Below, one piece after another: positions 1 to 10,721 of a DNA stretch of 64,000 bases. The stretch lies in contig CAVPWG010000002.1 in the NCBI GenBank assembly GCA_963709425.1, forward strand, positions 65,372 to 129,371. The letters run 5' to 3'. The DNA is from an uncultured Actinomycetes bacterium (GTDB lineage Bacteria; Actinomycetota; Thermoleophilia; Gaiellales; JAICJC01). The position numbers were made by a program, and so were the translations under genes. The first letter of the stretch is position 1. The number at the start of each line of letters is the position of its first letter. Under the pieces are notes generated by a model. It ran no database searches. It was given only the letters and a program-made list of their open reading frames with translations, and was not told the origin of the DNA.

Positions 1-306
1 AACATGGCGAGCGATCGGCTGAGAGAGCGGATGCGCGAGCCGCTCCCAACCGATGTCGTGAGCGGGCCGCCGGTCGCGGACGCCGCCGACCGGGTCGCCG
101 ACCGCGACGTCCTCGGCCGCGCGCTCCGGCAGCTCCCGGCCGACCAGCAGCTCGCGGTCCACCTGCGCCTCGTCGAGGGGTATTCGTTCGCCGAGGTCGG
201 CCGGGTGATGGGCCGAAGCGGCGGCGCCTGTCAGATGCTCGTGCTGCGCGCCGGCCGCCAGCTTCGCGAGGCGCTCGAGCGGGAGGGTGTCCATGCCTCG
301 GGTTGA
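1..306 (+). CDS. ECF (sigma-70 family) sigma factor, C-terminal fragment; the 5' end lies outside the window
   Basis: ORF 4..306 reads ...LRQLPADQQLAVHLRLVEGYSFAEVGRVMGRSGGACQMLVLRAGRQLREAL, a region-4 helix-turn-helix. The stop at 304-306 overlaps the next gene. Confidence 0.75.
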   Translation, partial: NMASDRLRERMREPLPTDVVSGPPVADAADRVADRDVLGRALRQLPADQQLAVHLRLVEGYSFAEVGRVMGRSGGACQMLVLRAGRQLREALEREGVHASG

Positions 307-1603
307 CGACCGAGACGCAGCCCGCCGGCTGGCCGCGGTGCTCGACGGGGCGGAACCGGGCGACGCCGATCTGGCCACCGTGGCCCGCGTGCTCCGTGAC
401 GCCGCGGCCGCCGCCCGGCTCGACCTGGCAGACGACGAGGTCGAGGAGGCGCTCGAGCGCGCGCGGCCGCGAGCGCCGCAGGCACGGGCGCCGAGGTCGC
501 GGCTGCGCGTCGCCGGCCTGTTGCTCGCCGTCGCCGTCGTGCTCGCCGCCGTGATCGTGCTCGCGCTCCCCTTCACCTCGGCACCGGTGACCGTCGACGT
601 CCAGGCGCGCGCGCTCGCGGCGCTGGGCCACCGCGACACGGTGTTGAGCGTCGCCGAGGTCGTGCGCCCCGGGCCCGGCCGGTCGTTTCCGACGTCCCTG
701 CGCACCGGATGGATCGACATCGCCGGCCGGCGGCAGCGGTGGACGCAGTCTGTCGGCGGGACGGTCGTCGCCGAGACGCTTGTCGACCACGGGCGCGTGA
801 CGCGGTATGACCCTGCGTCCGGCACCGCTGTCGTCGCCACGTCATGCGCCGCGCTTGCGAGCGGCTGCGCGGAGGGCATCGACCCGGTCGCCTTCTACCG
901 CCGGGCGCTCGCCGCCTCCGGGCCGCTGCGCGGCTCGGCCCGCGACGTGGACGGGCACAGGGTGTTCCGCGTCGTCCTCCCGGTGCAGGCGCTGGCCGAC
1001 AGGGTGCGGATCGTCCAGGTGGCGACGATCGACGCAGCGACGTACCTGCCGCGCCGGATCGAGTGGCGCCAGGTGCTGGCGGGCGGCCGCGAGCGGGCCT
1101 TCGCCGAGATCGTCGTCAGAGAGATCGCCCAGGTGGACGTGAGCACCGAGTCCCCGAGCGTCCTCGACCTCGAGCTGCCCCCGGGGACGGCGGTCACCCA
1201 GGTCGCCGCCCCCGGCGTCCCGGTGCGCCTCCTCGGCGAGCGACGGCTGACCGTGGCCGAGGCTCGGGCGCTCGACCCCTCGCCGTGGTGGCTCGGGCGC
1301 ACCTACCGCGGCCGCCGGCTGACCGACATCACGCTCGCCCGCTACACGGGCGGATCGGCCGTTCGGATCCGCTACGGACCGGCGACGATCTGGACGTACG
1401 GCCGCGTGATCCCGCCTCCCCTCATCGGGGCGCAGGCGCCTTTGAAGACGATCCCCCTCGGCGGATCGACGGGCCGGTTCTACGAGACACGGCGCGGCAT
1501 CCTGGTCGGCGAGCGATCGATCCCGTCGGGAACGGTCGCGGTCGAGTCACCCGGGAACGCTTCGGCCTATTCGGCGCTCGGCGTGGTCAGGCCGATGCGC
1601 TAG
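293..1603 (+). CDS. Single-pass membrane protein after the ECF sigma; putative anti-sigma factor with a large extracytoplasmic domain
   Basis: ATG 293 follows GGGAGGG (281-287). One TM segment (LRVAGLLLAVAVVLAAVIVLALPF) follows an about 75-aa cytoplasmic N-terminus. The gene overlaps the sigma stop. The function is inferred from position only. Confidence 0.55.
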   Translation: MPRVDDRDAARRLAAVLDGAEPGDADLATVARVLRDAAAAARLDLADDEVEEALERARPRAPQARAPRSRLRVAGLLLAVAVVLAAVIVLALPFTSAPVTVDVQARALAALGHRDTVLSVAEVVRPGPGRSFPTSLRTGWIDIAGRRQRWTQSVGGTVVAETLVDHGRVTRYDPASGTAVVATSCAALASGCAEGIDPVAFYRRALAASGPLRGSARDVDGHRVFRVVLPVQALADRVRIVQVATIDAATYLPRRIEWRQVLAGGRERAFAEIVVREIAQVDVSTESPSVLDLELPPGTAVTQVAAPGVPVRLLGERRLTVAEARALDPSPWWLGRTYRGRRLTDITLARYTGGSAVRIRYGPATIWTYGRVIPPPLIGAQAPLKTIPLGGSTGRFYETRRGILVGERSIPSGTVAVESPGNASAYSALGVVRPMR

Positions 1604-2436
1604 CCCGACCGCTTGAGCCGGCCGTGCCGCTTTGCGTAGCGCTCGCCCTGCGCGAACACGGCCAGGCCGGCGGGGATCGCGATGACGCCGATCAGCAGGA
1701 GCGGCCAGATCTCGCCCCAGAGCGCTGCGACCCCGGCGCCGTCCAGGATGGCCTTGCGCGTTCCCTCGAGCGTGTAGGTCGCCGGCGAGATCACCGAGAG
1801 CCACTGCATCCACTGCGGCAGCACCGACACGGGGTAGTAGACGCCCGAGACCACGAGCAGGAGCCCCTGGGCGATGAACCCGAGCTGCGTGCCCTTCTCG
1901 GGCGAGATCAGCGGGAGCACCGCCGTCATCATGCCGATGCCGACGAACGAGAACGACGACGCTGCGATCACCACCATTGCCGCGCCGAAGTCGGCGTTCG
2001 TGAAGGTGACGTCGAGGAACGCCGCCACGACGCCGAAGAGCAGGATCGTCCGCAGGATGCCGTAGACGACCGCGAAGGCCCCCATTCCGAGCAGGTGGGC
2101 CGGGCGTGAGAGCGGCGCCATGAACGTGTACTCGATCGTGCCCTCCCAGCGCTCCCAGGCGACCGTCTCGGTGACGATCTCGAAGAGCAGTCCCAGATAC
2201 GACCATACGACGGCGCCGATCAGCAGCACGATCGTCTCGCGGTTCACGTCGAGCCTGTACCCGGCCGCCTCGGCGCCCTTGGCGATGAAGACGATCGTGA
2301 GCGTGTTCGCGACCGTGTAGAGGAACCACGCCACCTCCCACCACACGAACCGGCGGATGAGGTACGTGTTGCGCTCGACGATGCCGGCAAACCCGATCAG
2401 CTCGCGGCGCAGGGCGACGGTGTCGAGCCGGATCAC
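1600..2436 (-). CDS. ABC-2 type transporter permease
   Basis: The C-terminal 278 aa of ORF 1600..3099 is polytopic (FVWWEVAWFLYTVANTLTIVFIA...). GTG 2436 overlaps the ATPase stop (GTGA at 2433-2436). The upstream part of the tracked ORF is Arg/Pro-rich shadow sequence. Confidence 0.8.
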   Translation of the reverse strand: MIRLDTVALRRELIGFAGIVERNTYLIRRFVWWEVAWFLYTVANTLTIVFIAKGAEAAGYRLDVNRETIVLLIGAVVWSYLGLLFEIVTETVAWERWEGTIEYTFMAPLSRPAHLLGMGAFAVVYGILRTILLFGVVAAFLDVTFTNADFGAAMVVIAASSFSFVGIGMMTAVLPLISPEKGTQLGFIAQGLLLVVSGVYYPVSVLPQWMQWLSVISPATYTLEGTRKAILDGAGVAALWGEIWPLLLIGVIAIPAGLAVFAQGERYAKRHGRLKRSG

Positions 2437-3242
2437 TCCTCGTCTCCCTCGTCTTCGAACTGGCGGCCCGTGGCGGCCATGAACGCGCCCTCGAGGGTGT
2501 CGGCGCCGTAGGCGGCCTTGAGCGCCTCGGCCGTGTCGAGGCAGATGAGCGTGCCCTCGTGCAGGATGCCGATCCGGTCGGCCAGCGCCTCGGCCTCGGC
2601 CATGTCGTGGGTGCAGAGCAGGATCGTCGCGTCGTGCTGCTTGCGGATCGAGCGGACGAACTCCTGCACCTCGAGCTTCGAGCGCGGGTCGAGGCCGGTC
2701 GTCGGCTCGTCGAGCAGCAGCAGGACGGGCGCCGTGAGGAGCGCGCGGGCGAGCGCGATCTTCTGCTGCATCCCGCGCGACAGGTCCTCCATCGGCTCGC
2801 CGCGGCGCTCGGGCGGGAAGCCGACCCGCTCGAGGATGCGCGGGATCGCCTCGCGCGACTGACGCGGGGTCATCCCATAGAAACGGGCGGAGTAGCTCAG
2901 GTTCTCGGCCGGAGACATGCGCTTGAAGAACGACGCCTCGACCGACACGCGGTTCACCAGCCGCTGCACGGCACGCGGGCGGCGGAAGACGTCGTTTCCG
3001 AACACGGTCGCCGACCCGCCGTCGTGGAGGAGCAGCGTCGAGAGGAGCCGCACGAGCGTCGACTTCCCCGAGCCGTTCTGCCCCAGGATCGCCACGCACT
3101 CGCCCCGCGTGAGCGAGAACGTCACGCCGTGGAGCGCGGCCACACGGCGGCGGCGCCGGCGGTGGCGCAGGCCGCCGTTGCCGTCACGGCGGATGAACTC
3201 CTTGCGCAGGTCACGGACTTCGACAGCAAGCTGGGCGGACAC
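2433..3242 (-). CDS. ABC transporter ATP-binding protein (ABC-2/DrrA-like exporter)
   Basis: Walker A GQNGSGKST, signature LSRGMQQK and Walker B LLLLDEPTTGLD are present. The start is set at GTG 3242 (VSAQLAVEVRDLRKEF) and is uncertain. Confidence 0.85.
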   Translation of the reverse strand: MSAQLAVEVRDLRKEFIRRDGNGGLRHRRRRRRVAALHGVTFSLTRGECVAILGQNGSGKSTLVRLLSTLLLHDGGSATVFGNDVFRRPRAVQRLVNRVSVEASFFKRMSPAENLSYSARFYGMTPRQSREAIPRILERVGFPPERRGEPMEDLSRGMQQKIALARALLTAPVLLLLDEPTTGLDPRSKLEVQEFVRSIRKQHDATILLCTHDMAEAEALADRIGILHEGTLICLDTAEALKAAYGADTLEGAFMAATGRQFEDEGDEE

Positions 3243-3427
3243 GATGACTCCATGCCGAGGTGGGCCCCGGGCGGCGCACGCGACGGCGGGCGGGCCGGGA
3301 GGAACGTCGATTGGGGCGCGGGCGGCGGGCTTCGGCGCCAAACGTTCTCGGCACCGGCGCAACGGGACACTCTATCAAGGCGGCATGCCGGCCTCAAGTC
3401 GAGCGCCGCCGCCTACGATGCGACGCG

Positions 3428-4459
3428 ATGTTGGCACTCGTCAAGCGGCGCGCCGAGCCGGGCCTGTGGCTGGAGGACGTGCCCGAGCCGGAGCACGGCC
3501 TGAACGACGTCCTGATCCGCGTCCGCCGCACGGGCATCTGCGGCACCGATCTGCACATCCGAAACTGGGACGCCTGGGCCCAGAAAACCATCCCGGTCCC
3601 GATGACGATCGGCCACGAGTTCGTCGGCGAGATCGTCGCAATCGGGTCGAACGTGAGCGACTTCCACCCCGGCGACGTCGTCTCGGGCGAGGGCCACGTC
3701 GTGTGCGGCCGGTGCCGAAACTGCATGGCCGGGCGCCGCCACCTGTGCGCGCACACGAGCGGGGTCGGCGTCAACCGGCCGGGGGCGTTCGCCGAGCTGA
3801 TCGCGCTTCCGATGACGAACATCTGGCACCACGCCGACGGCATCGACGCCGACGTCGCGGCGATCTTCGACCCGTTCGGGAACGCCGTCCACACGGCCCT
3901 CCAGTTCCCGGTGCTCGGCGAGGACGTGCTCATCACCGGCGCCGGGCCGATCGGCTGCATGGCGGCGGCGGTCGTCCGTCATGCCGGCGCGCGCCACGTT
4001 GTCGTCACCGACCTCAACCCGTATCGGCTCGACCTGGCCCGGCGGATGGGCGCGACGCTGGCCGTCGACCCACGCCGGCGCGACCTGGTCGACGTCCAGC
4101 GCGAGCTGGGGATGACCGAGGGGTTCGACATCGGCCTCGAGATGTCGGGGAGCCCGGATGCGCTGCACGCGATGGTCGCCGGGATGGCGCACGGCGGCCG
4201 GATCGCGGTGCTCGGCCTGCCGTCCGAGGAGTTCGCGCTCGACTGGAGCACCGTCATCACCAACATGCTGACCCTGCGGGGCGTGTACGGGCGGGAGATG
4301 TACGAGACCTGGTACCAGATGACCGTGCTGCTCCAGTCGGGGCTCGACATCACCCCGGTCATCACCCATCGGTTCGCGTTCCGTGACCACGACGAGGCGT
4401 TCGCGACGGCCGGGTCGGGACAGTCAGGAAAGATCGTCATGAGCTGGGAGGACGCATGA
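3428..4459 (+). CDS. tdh: L-threonine 3-dehydrogenase (Zn-dependent MDR family)
   Basis: [22 protein letters not shown]..., [18 protein letters not shown] and the CGRCRNC structural-Zn motif are present. The stop overlaps the kbl start (ATGA). Confidence 0.9.
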   Translation: MLALVKRRAEPGLWLEDVPEPEHGLNDVLIRVRRTGICGTDLHIRNWDAWAQKTIPVPMTIGHEFVGEIVAIGSNVSDFHPGDVVSGEGHVVCGRCRNCMAGRRHLCAHTSGVGVNRPGAFAELIALPMTNIWHHADGIDADVAAIFDPFGNAVHTALQFPVLGEDVLITGAGPIGCMAAAVVRHAGARHVVVTDLNPYRLDLARRMGATLAVDPRRRDLVDVQRELGMTEGFDIGLEMSGSPDALHAMVAGMAHGGRIAVLGLPSEEFALDWSTVITNMLTLRGVYGREMYETWYQMTVLLQSGLDITPVITHRFAFRDHDEAFATAGSGQSGKIVMSWEDA

Positions 4460-5625
4460 GCACGCTGGGCGAGGAGCTCGAGGGGACCCTGGCAGGGCTG
4501 CGCGAGGCGGGTCTGTACAAGGAGGAGTGGGAGATCGAGTCGCCGCAGAGCGCCCACGTGCGCGTCGGCGGCCGCGACGTGCTCAACCTGTGCGCGAACA
4601 ACTACCTGGGCCTCGCCAGCCATCCGGCCGTGATCGAGGCCGCGCACGCCGCCCTCGACCGGTGGGGGTTCGGGATGGCCTCTGTGCGGTTCATCTGCGG
4701 CACGCAGAGCATCCACACCGAGCTCGAGCGGCGCATCTCGGAGTTCCTGGGCACCGAGGACACGATCCTCTACTCGTCGTGCTTCGACGCCAACGCCGGT
4801 CTCTTCGAGTCGCTGCTCACGGCCGAGGACGCCGTCATCTCCGACGAGCTGAACCACGCCTCGGTGATCGACGGCATCCGCCTGTGCAAGGCGCGCCGCC
4901 TGCGATACCGAAACGGCGACATGGCCGACCTCGAGCGGTGCCTGACCGAGGCCGCGGATGCCCGCCACAGGCTGATCGCCACCGACGGCGTCTTCTCGAT
5001 GGACGGCTACCTCGCCGACCTCGCCGGCATCTGCGACCTGGCCGGCCGGCACGACGCGCTCGTCATGGTCGACGACTCCCATGCGGTCGGGTTCGTCGGC
5101 CCGCGCGGGCGCGGGACGCCCGAGCACTTCGGCGTGGTCGACCGCGTCGACGTCCTGACCGGGACGCTCGGGAAGGCGATGGGCGGAGCCTCCGGTGGGT
5201 ACGCGTCGGGCCGGCGCGAGATCGTCGAGATCCTGCGCCAGCGCTCGCGCCCCTACCTCTTCTCGAACAGCCTGGCGCCGCCGATCGTCGGCGCCGCGCT
5301 GGCCACGCTCGACCTGCTCGAGTCGTCGGATGACCTGCGCACCCGCCTGGCCGAGAACACCGCCTGGTTCCGCGATCGGATGGTCGGCGCCGGCTTCGAG
5401 GTGCTCCCCGGCGAGCACCCGATCGTGCCGGTGATGTTCGGCGACGCGGTCGCCGCCGGGGGCTTCGCGCGCGGCCTGCTCGACCACGGCGTCTACGCGG
5501 TCAGCTTCACGTATCCGGTGGTGCCGCAGGGCAAGGCCCGCATTCGCACGCAGATGTCGGCGGCGCACGGCCGCGACGACCTCGAGGCCGCCGCAGCCGC
5601 GTTCGAGGCCGTTCGCGCGACGTAG
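4456..5625 (+). CDS. kbl: 2-amino-3-ketobutyrate CoA ligase (glycine C-acetyltransferase)
   Basis: The sequence matches the PLP class-II aminotransferase pattern (NNYLGL..., [18 protein letters not shown]). It is translationally coupled to tdh, the classic tdh-kbl pair. Confidence 0.9.
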   Translation: MSTLGEELEGTLAGLREAGLYKEEWEIESPQSAHVRVGGRDVLNLCANNYLGLASHPAVIEAAHAALDRWGFGMASVRFICGTQSIHTELERRISEFLGTEDTILYSSCFDANAGLFESLLTAEDAVISDELNHASVIDGIRLCKARRLRYRNGDMADLERCLTEAADARHRLIATDGVFSMDGYLADLAGICDLAGRHDALVMVDDSHAVGFVGPRGRGTPEHFGVVDRVDVLTGTLGKAMGGASGGYASGRREIVEILRQRSRPYLFSNSLAPPIVGAALATLDLLESSDDLRTRLAENTAWFRDRMVGAGFEVLPGEHPIVPVMFGDAVAAGGFARGLLDHGVYAVSFTYPVVPQGKARIRTQMSAAHGRDDLEAAAAAFEAVRAT

Positions 5626-5665
5626 CGGCGGCGGTCGTGCCGACTGCGATCGCCCAGCGGGTGTT

Positions 5666-6682
5666 TCAGCCGTCGCCCGGCGGGGCCCGGCGGGCCGTGC
5701 GGTAGTAGGCGTCCACCCAGGCCGGGCGGTCGATGTCGAGGCCGGCGGCATCGGCGAACGTCGCGGCGACGGCACACGCGGCCGGCAGCGTCGTCGCGAC
5801 GGCCAGGCGCGGGTCGGCCTCGCCGCCGCCCGGGCAGCGAACGACCCGGGCGCCCGTCTCGGCGCAGGCGCGCTCGGCCTCGGGCTCGGAGGGATCGCCC
5901 ACGGGCAGGCTGAGCGCCAGGTGCGACGTGCCGAGGGCGTACATCGCCGAGGTTGCGCCCTCGCGCGCGTCGACCCCCTCAGCGGGCACGCCGGCCACCT
6001 CCTTGAGAAGCAGCGCCGCCTCGAGCGCGGCCGCCCACCCGGGGCCGGCGGAGAAGGCGATCGCGGCGGCCGGAGCCGGCGCCGGGTCGAGGGCCTCGGC
6101 CCACGCCTCGGCCGTCGCGACGGCGCGCGCCAGGGCGCCGGGGAGATCGCCGATCGCGCGGGCCAGCGTCGGGTCGTTCGAGATCCGGGCCCAGATCGCG
6201 AGGGCCGACGCCAGCCCTCCGGCCAGGGCCTGGGTGTGCGTGACCGCGCGCTGGTTCGTGACACGCTGGAGCCCGCGGGCGCCGGCGCCGCGCTCGATTG
6301 TCGAGCCGGCGGTCGCCGTCACGGCGGCGTACGGCTGCGGGACGGTCCCGGCCTCGACGGCGTCCACGAGGTCGCGGAACTCACCCGAGGACGAGATCGC
6401 GAGCAGGCGGTCGCCGGGCCGGAACCGAAACCAGCCGCCGGCCAGGAGCCCGCTCGGCACGGCGACGACCTCCGGCCCGCCGTCCCGGCCGGCACAGGCC
6501 GCCAGCCAGAGCGCGAGCGCAACGTAGTAGGCGGCGCCGTTCCCGCTCGCGACGATCCGGCGGACGTCCGCGCCGGAGAGGAGCGCCGCCGTCTCGTCGA
6601 ACCCCTCGGCCGCATCGAGCGTGGACGCCACGGAGTCAGGAAGCTCGCGCACGTCGGCCCAGAGCCCCGTCTCGCGCCACAT
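5666..6682 (-). CDS. SIS-domain sugar-phosphate isomerase/deglycase-like protein
   Basis: SGNGAAYYVALALWLA and a second SIS-like half are present. ATG 6682 overlaps the ROK stop (ATGA). Confidence 0.7.
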   Translation of the reverse strand: MWRETGLWADVRELPDSVASTLDAAEGFDETAALLSGADVRRIVASGNGAAYYVALALWLAACAGRDGGPEVVAVPSGLLAGGWFRFRPGDRLLAISSSGEFRDLVDAVEAGTVPQPYAAVTATAGSTIERGAGARGLQRVTNQRAVTHTQALAGGLASALAIWARISNDPTLARAIGDLPGALARAVATAEAWAEALDPAPAPAAAIAFSAGPGWAAALEAALLLKEVAGVPAEGVDAREGATSAMYALGTSHLALSLPVGDPSEPEAERACAETGARVVRCPGGGEADPRLAVATTLPAACAVAATFADAAGLDIDRPAWVDAYYRTARRAPPGDG

Positions 6683-7452
6683 CAGGCGGGGGCCTCCACC
6701 GCCGCGAGCGCCGCGCCGATCAACCCGCCCGAGTCGCCCAGCGCCGTCGCGACGACCGCGAGCCGGCGGGTCGACTCGCACCACACCTCGGGCCGGAGCG
6801 CGGCGGCGATGCCGTCGACGAAGCCCGGCGACGATCCCATCCCGCCGCCCACGACGACCGCCTCCGGATCGAGCGCGTTCACGAGCACCGCCAGGACGCG
6901 CCCGACGGCGGCAGCCGCCTCGACACGGGCGGCGGGATCGTGCGCACGGTCACCGAGGATCGCCCCGCCGGCCACCCGCTCCACCGGTGGCGCCCCGAGG
7001 ATGATCGCGTTCCCGCGCGCGCCGCGGTGCGGCCGCCCGTCCAGGACCAGGCAGGCGCTCGTCCCGGTGCCGACGCCCGCGTAGAGGAAGGACCCGAGCC
7101 CGGCACCCGCGCCGAACCGCGCCTCGGCGAGCGCCGCCGCGCGGACGTCGGACTCCACGGTCACCGAGGCCGCGCCGAACGCCGAGGCGACGTCCAGGCC
7201 CCGCCAGTCGACGGTCTCGGCGCTCGTCACCCGGCCGTCGAGGTCGACCACCTCGCAGATCCCCGCCCCGACCGGCACGTCGCCGACGGCCAGCCGAGCC
7301 GCCAACGCGGCGCAGTCGGCGAGCACGGCCTCACCGCCGCGCTCGGGCCGCGTCGGCACCCGCTCCGAGCGGAGCACCTCGCCGCTCCCGGTATCCACAA
7401 GCCCGGCGGCGATCTTCGTGCCGCCCACGTCGATCCCGACCGCGAGCGTCAC
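6682..7452 (-). CDS. ROK-family sugar kinase (no N-terminal HTH)
   Basis: VTLAVGIDVGGTKIAAGLVD is an ATP-binding start, and GVGTGTSACLVLDG is present. GTG 7452 overlaps the upstream stop (GTGA). Confidence 0.75.
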   Translation of the reverse strand: MTLAVGIDVGGTKIAAGLVDTGSGEVLRSERVPTRPERGGEAVLADCAALAARLAVGDVPVGAGICEVVDLDGRVTSAETVDWRGLDVASAFGAASVTVESDVRAAALAEARFGAGAGLGSFLYAGVGTGTSACLVLDGRPHRGARGNAIILGAPPVERVAGGAILGDRAHDPAARVEAAAAVGRVLAVLVNALDPEAVVVGGGMGSSPGFVDGIAAALRPEVWCESTRRLAVVATALGDSGGLIGAALAAVEAPA

Positions 7453-8288
7453 GGCAGGTAGGCAGGAGCGATCCCTGCGATCGCCTCGGCGAGGCGCGAG
7501 CCGTGATTTCGGTATTCGTGCCGGTCGCCGATCGGCACGAAACACGCATCGCCGGCCCCGAGCTCGAACACGCACGCCTCATCGCCGTGCCACGCCCGCA
7601 CCCACAGGTCTCCCGAGAGCACGTAGAGGAGCTCCTCCCCACCGTGGGCGTGTGGCGCAGCCGCCTCGCCGGGGTTCAGCTCGTGCGTCACCACGGTGAG
7701 GTGCTCGGTGCTGGCGACGACCCCGGTGAGGACGCCGAGATCGCGCCGCCAGACGACATCGGCGGAGCGGAGAACCCGCATCGTCCCCGGAGTCCGATCG
7801 CCCGGTGTGCTCCCGAGCACGTCGTCGTCGGCGTACAGCGACTCGTCCAGGTATGGCCGCGTGCGCGCGTAGGCGCCCGACGTGCCCGTCGACGGGGGCG
7901 GGGCGAAGAATTCGAGCACCTCGAGCGCCTCGCCGCCGTGCGCGAAGGCGTGGTGCCACGTGCCGGGGCCGAAGAGGAGCCGCTCGCCGCGCCCGACCCG
8001 GTGCACCTCGCCGGTCTCCGGATTCGCCGCCACCATCGTCCCCGAGAGCACCTGCAGCACCTCGTCGGCCCCGAACACGGTGCGGTACTCGCGCGAGTGC
8101 CGGAACGAGCCGCCCCGGGGCAGGCAGAACACGAGCGCATGGATCCGCTCGGTGGACGCGTAGATGCGGTCGGCGACCTCGCCCGACTCCGCATCGCCCC
8201 AGATGTGGCGGGTGGCAGCCGCGCCGCGGATCGCCGTCGGCCGGTCGAAGGTCGGGCGCGGCGACGGCGAATAACCCCCGGCGCTCAC
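7449..8288 (-). CDS. Bicupin-domain protein
   Basis: There are two cupin-like halves (GTWHHAFAHGGEALEVLEFF and PHAHGGEELLYVLSGDLWV). The start is uncertain: GTG 8288 or the tracked 8357. Confidence 0.6.
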   Translation of the reverse strand: MSAGGYSPSPRPTFDRPTAIRGAAATRHIWGDAESGEVADRIYASTERIHALVFCLPRGGSFRHSREYRTVFGADEVLQVLSGTMVAANPETGEVHRVGRGERLLFGPGTWHHAFAHGGEALEVLEFFAPPPSTGTSGAYARTRPYLDESLYADDDVLGSTPGDRTPGTMRVLRSADVVWRRDLGVLTGVVASTEHLTVVTHELNPGEAAAPHAHGGEELLYVLSGDLWVRAWHGDEACVFELGAGDACFVPIGDRHEYRNHGSRLAEAIAGIAPAYLP

Positions 8289-8374
8289 GGCGCGCGATAG
8301 TACCAGAGGCCCCTGTACGCCCGCCCCGCGCTTGGTAGAGTCAGCCGGCGAGCCCAACCGACGGGGGGAGCAGC

Positions 8375-9778
8375 ATGAACCGGCACCTGGCGAGAAGGCA
8401 CCTGGCGATCGCGGCGGCGGTCGTGACCATGATCGCGGCAGCGGGATGCGGCGGCACCCCGGGCGCGTCGCCCGACTCCGGCGGAGCGACGGCGTCCGGT
8501 GCGGTGAAGACCACGGGCTTCGACAAGCTCGGCCCGGTCCACCTCCTGATCTGGTCGTACGACAACCAGGACCCCGGCCTCGAGCCCGTCCTGAAGCAGC
8601 TGTCGGCGAACTTCGAGAAGCAGTACCCGAACGTGAAGATCGACATGGTCTTCAAGGACTTCAACAGCCTCGTGAACGTCGTGCCGCGCGCGCTCCAGTC
8701 GGGATCAGGGCCGGATATCACCGAGGGGAACCAGGGCTACCAGACCGACGCCCAGCTCGTGAAGGCCAAGCTGATCGTCCCGCTCGACCCGTACATCAAG
8801 GCGTACGGCTGGAGCAAGTGGTACTCGCCGTCGACCTGGTCGATGTTCCGGTGGACGGACGACGGCAGGACGTTCGGGAAGGGCCCAACCTGGGGCGTGG
8901 CACAGACCGGCCAGAACATCAACGTCTATGTGAACACCCAGAAGCTGAAGCAGCTCGGCTTCGATCCGTCGAGCATGCCCCAGACCTTCGACGACTTCAA
9001 CTCGATGCTGGCCCAGATCCGGGCGAAGCTGCCCAAGAACGAGCCGGTCATCGAGTTCGGCAACAACGAGGGCTACGGCACGATCCACATGTTCGGCGGC
9101 ATCCAGGCCGCATACTTCAGCGCGCAGGACGAGCGCAACTGGATCCAGCACGTGCCCGGCTCGACCTGGGACACGGCTGACAACATCAAGGCCCTCGAGG
9201 CGTACCAGTCGTGGGCCAAGAACGGCTACTTCAACAGCGACTACAACGCCCTGAAATACGACCAGTCGGCGGCCGAGTTCGCCAAGGGCAAGGGCGTCTT
9301 CTGGATGGGCGGCGACTGGGACGCCTCGATTGTCAAGGCCGGCCTGGGATCGAACGTCGCGGTGATGAACATCCCGCCGGGGCCAAGCGACACGTGGGCC
9401 GGAGTGGGAGGGCTCTCGGGCCCGTGGCACATCTCGTCGAAGACGAAGTACCCCGACCTGGCGGCGGCCTGGCTCAACTACATCATCGCCTCACCCGAGG
9501 CGCAGAAGCTGATGTACGAGCAGCAGCAGATCCCGTCGCCGTCCGACGCGGCGCCGCCGCCGGCGGGCGATCCGTACCTGGCCCAGGTGACGGACGCGTT
9601 CCGGCAGGTGGCCGACGACGACGGCCTGATGCTCTACACGGACTGGGCGTCGCCGACGATGTACGACACGCTGGCGTCGAACTTCCAGGACCTGCTCGCC
9701 GGGCGCATCTCGGCCCAGGACATGGCGAAGAACGTCCAGGACGATTGGACGAAGTTCGACGAGACGCTGAAGCAGTAG
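8375..9778 (+). CDS. ABC sugar transporter, extracellular solute-binding lipoprotein
   Basis: A signal peptide with a lipobox (MIAAAGCGG) precedes family-1 SBP-like sequence. Two permease genes follow. Confidence 0.85.
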   Translation: MNRHLARRHLAIAAAVVTMIAAAGCGGTPGASPDSGGATASGAVKTTGFDKLGPVHLLIWSYDNQDPGLEPVLKQLSANFEKQYPNVKIDMVFKDFNSLVNVVPRALQSGSGPDITEGNQGYQTDAQLVKAKLIVPLDPYIKAYGWSKWYSPSTWSMFRWTDDGRTFGKGPTWGVAQTGQNINVYVNTQKLKQLGFDPSSMPQTFDDFNSMLAQIRAKLPKNEPVIEFGNNEGYGTIHMFGGIQAAYFSAQDERNWIQHVPGSTWDTADNIKALEAYQSWAKNGYFNSDYNALKYDQSAAEFAKGKGVFWMGGDWDASIVKAGLGSNVAVMNIPPGPSDTWAGVGGLSGPWHISSKTKYPDLAAAWLNYIIASPEAQKLMYEQQQIPSPSDAAPPPAGDPYLAQVTDAFRQVADDDGLMLYTDWASPTMYDTLASNFQDLLAGRISAQDMAKNVQDDWTKFDETLKQ

Positions 9779-9779
9779 C

Positions 9780-10721
9780 GTGACCGATACGGCGGCTCAG
9801 GTCGGCTCCGAGACGGCCGCGAGCGACCGTGCCCGCTCGCGGAAGCGGGCGCCGGGCGAGCCGCGCAACGTCGCCTGGCTCTACATCCTGCCGGGCCTGC
9901 TCTTCTACGGGCTCTTCACGCTCGCGCCGCTCGCCCACACGGTGGAGCTCTCGTTCTTCGACTGGGACGGGCTCACCGTCGGCCACTACATCGGCCTGGC
10001 CAACTACCGGGAGGCATTCTCCGACCCGCTGGTGCGGGACTCGTTCAAGCACTCGGCAGAGCTGATCGTCTTCTACGCACTCCTGCCGGTGGCGCTCGGC
10101 CTCCTCCTCACCGCCATCCTGACCCGCCACCCGGTGCGCGGCTTCACGTTCTACCGCACCGCCCTCTTCCTGCCGCAGATGATCGCGGGCGTGGTCGTGG
10201 CGCAGGCGTGGGTGTGGATCTACGCCGACAACGGGCCGCTCAACGAATTCCTGCGCGACATCGGCCTGGGCGCGCTGACGCGGCCGTGGCTGGGCGACTT
10301 CACCTGGGCCCTGCCCGCGGTGGGCGGGATCGGGACGTGGGTGACCTACGGCCTCTGCATGGTGCTCTTCATCGCCGGCGCCCAGAGCATCCCGTCGAGC
10401 CTCTACGACGCAGCCCGCGTCGACGGCGCCGGCGCCGTGCGCGAGTTCTTCGCCGTCACGCTGCCGGCGCTCCGAAACCAGGTCGTCGTCGCGTTCGTCC
10501 TGACCACGATCAACGCCCTGCGCAGCTTCGACATCATCTACAACACGACCAGCGGTGGCCCCGGCACGACGACGTACGTGCCGTCGTTCTACATGTACCG
10601 GAACGCGTTCGTGTTCAACCGGGTCGGCTACGCGGCCGCGATCGCCGTCATCCTCACCGCCGCGATCTTCACGCTCGCGGGGATCGTGCTCTACGTCAGC
10701 TCGCGGGGGGAGGAGGCGTGA
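9780..10721 (+). CDS. ABC sugar transporter permease (MalF/UgpA-like)
   Basis: The protein is polytopic, with the EAA-type loop DAARVDGAGAVREFFAVTLPALR. Confidence 0.85.
   Translation: MTDTAAQVGSETAASDRARSRKRAPGEPRNVAWLYILPGLLFYGLFTLAPLAHTVELSFFDWDGLTVGHYIGLANYREAFSDPLVRDSFKHSAELIVFYALLPVALGLLLTAILTRHPVRGFTFYRTALFLPQMIAGVVVAQAWVWIYADNGPLNEFLRDIGLGALTRPWLGDFTWALPAVGGIGTWVTYGLCMVLFIAGAQSIPSSLYDAARVDGAGAVREFFAVTLPALRNQVVVAFVLTTINALRSFDIIYNTTSGGPGTTTYVPSFYMYRNAFVFNRVGYAAAIAVILTAAIFTLAGIVLYVSSRGEEA

Noticed and set aside
3243-3427. Possible glycine or other riboswitch in the 185-nt divergent region upstream of tdh-kbl (contains CACCGGCGCAACGGGAC).
   Set aside because: The resemblance to the glycine-riboswitch core is limited to a few bases, and I could not trace the paired helices. 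Divergent promoters are the more likely explanation.
3979-6264. 761-aa ORF on the minus strand, and similar very long ORFs (15151..17100 minus, 41313..43106 minus, 42764..44629 plus, 55354..57366 plus, 58149..59678 minus).
   Set aside because: They are Arg/Pro/Ala/Gly-rich low-complexity translations. Each lies antisense to, or out of frame with, genes that have clear family motifs (tdh/kbl/SIS, sthA, FDH, GH15, membrane protein). These are typical shadow ORFs of high-GC DNA.
8289-8374. TACCA-N27-TGGTA inverted repeat upstream of the solute-binding-protein gene, as a possible operator.
   Set aside because: The arms are only 5-6 bp with a long spacer, so a chance occurrence is plausible. No cognate regulator is in the locus.
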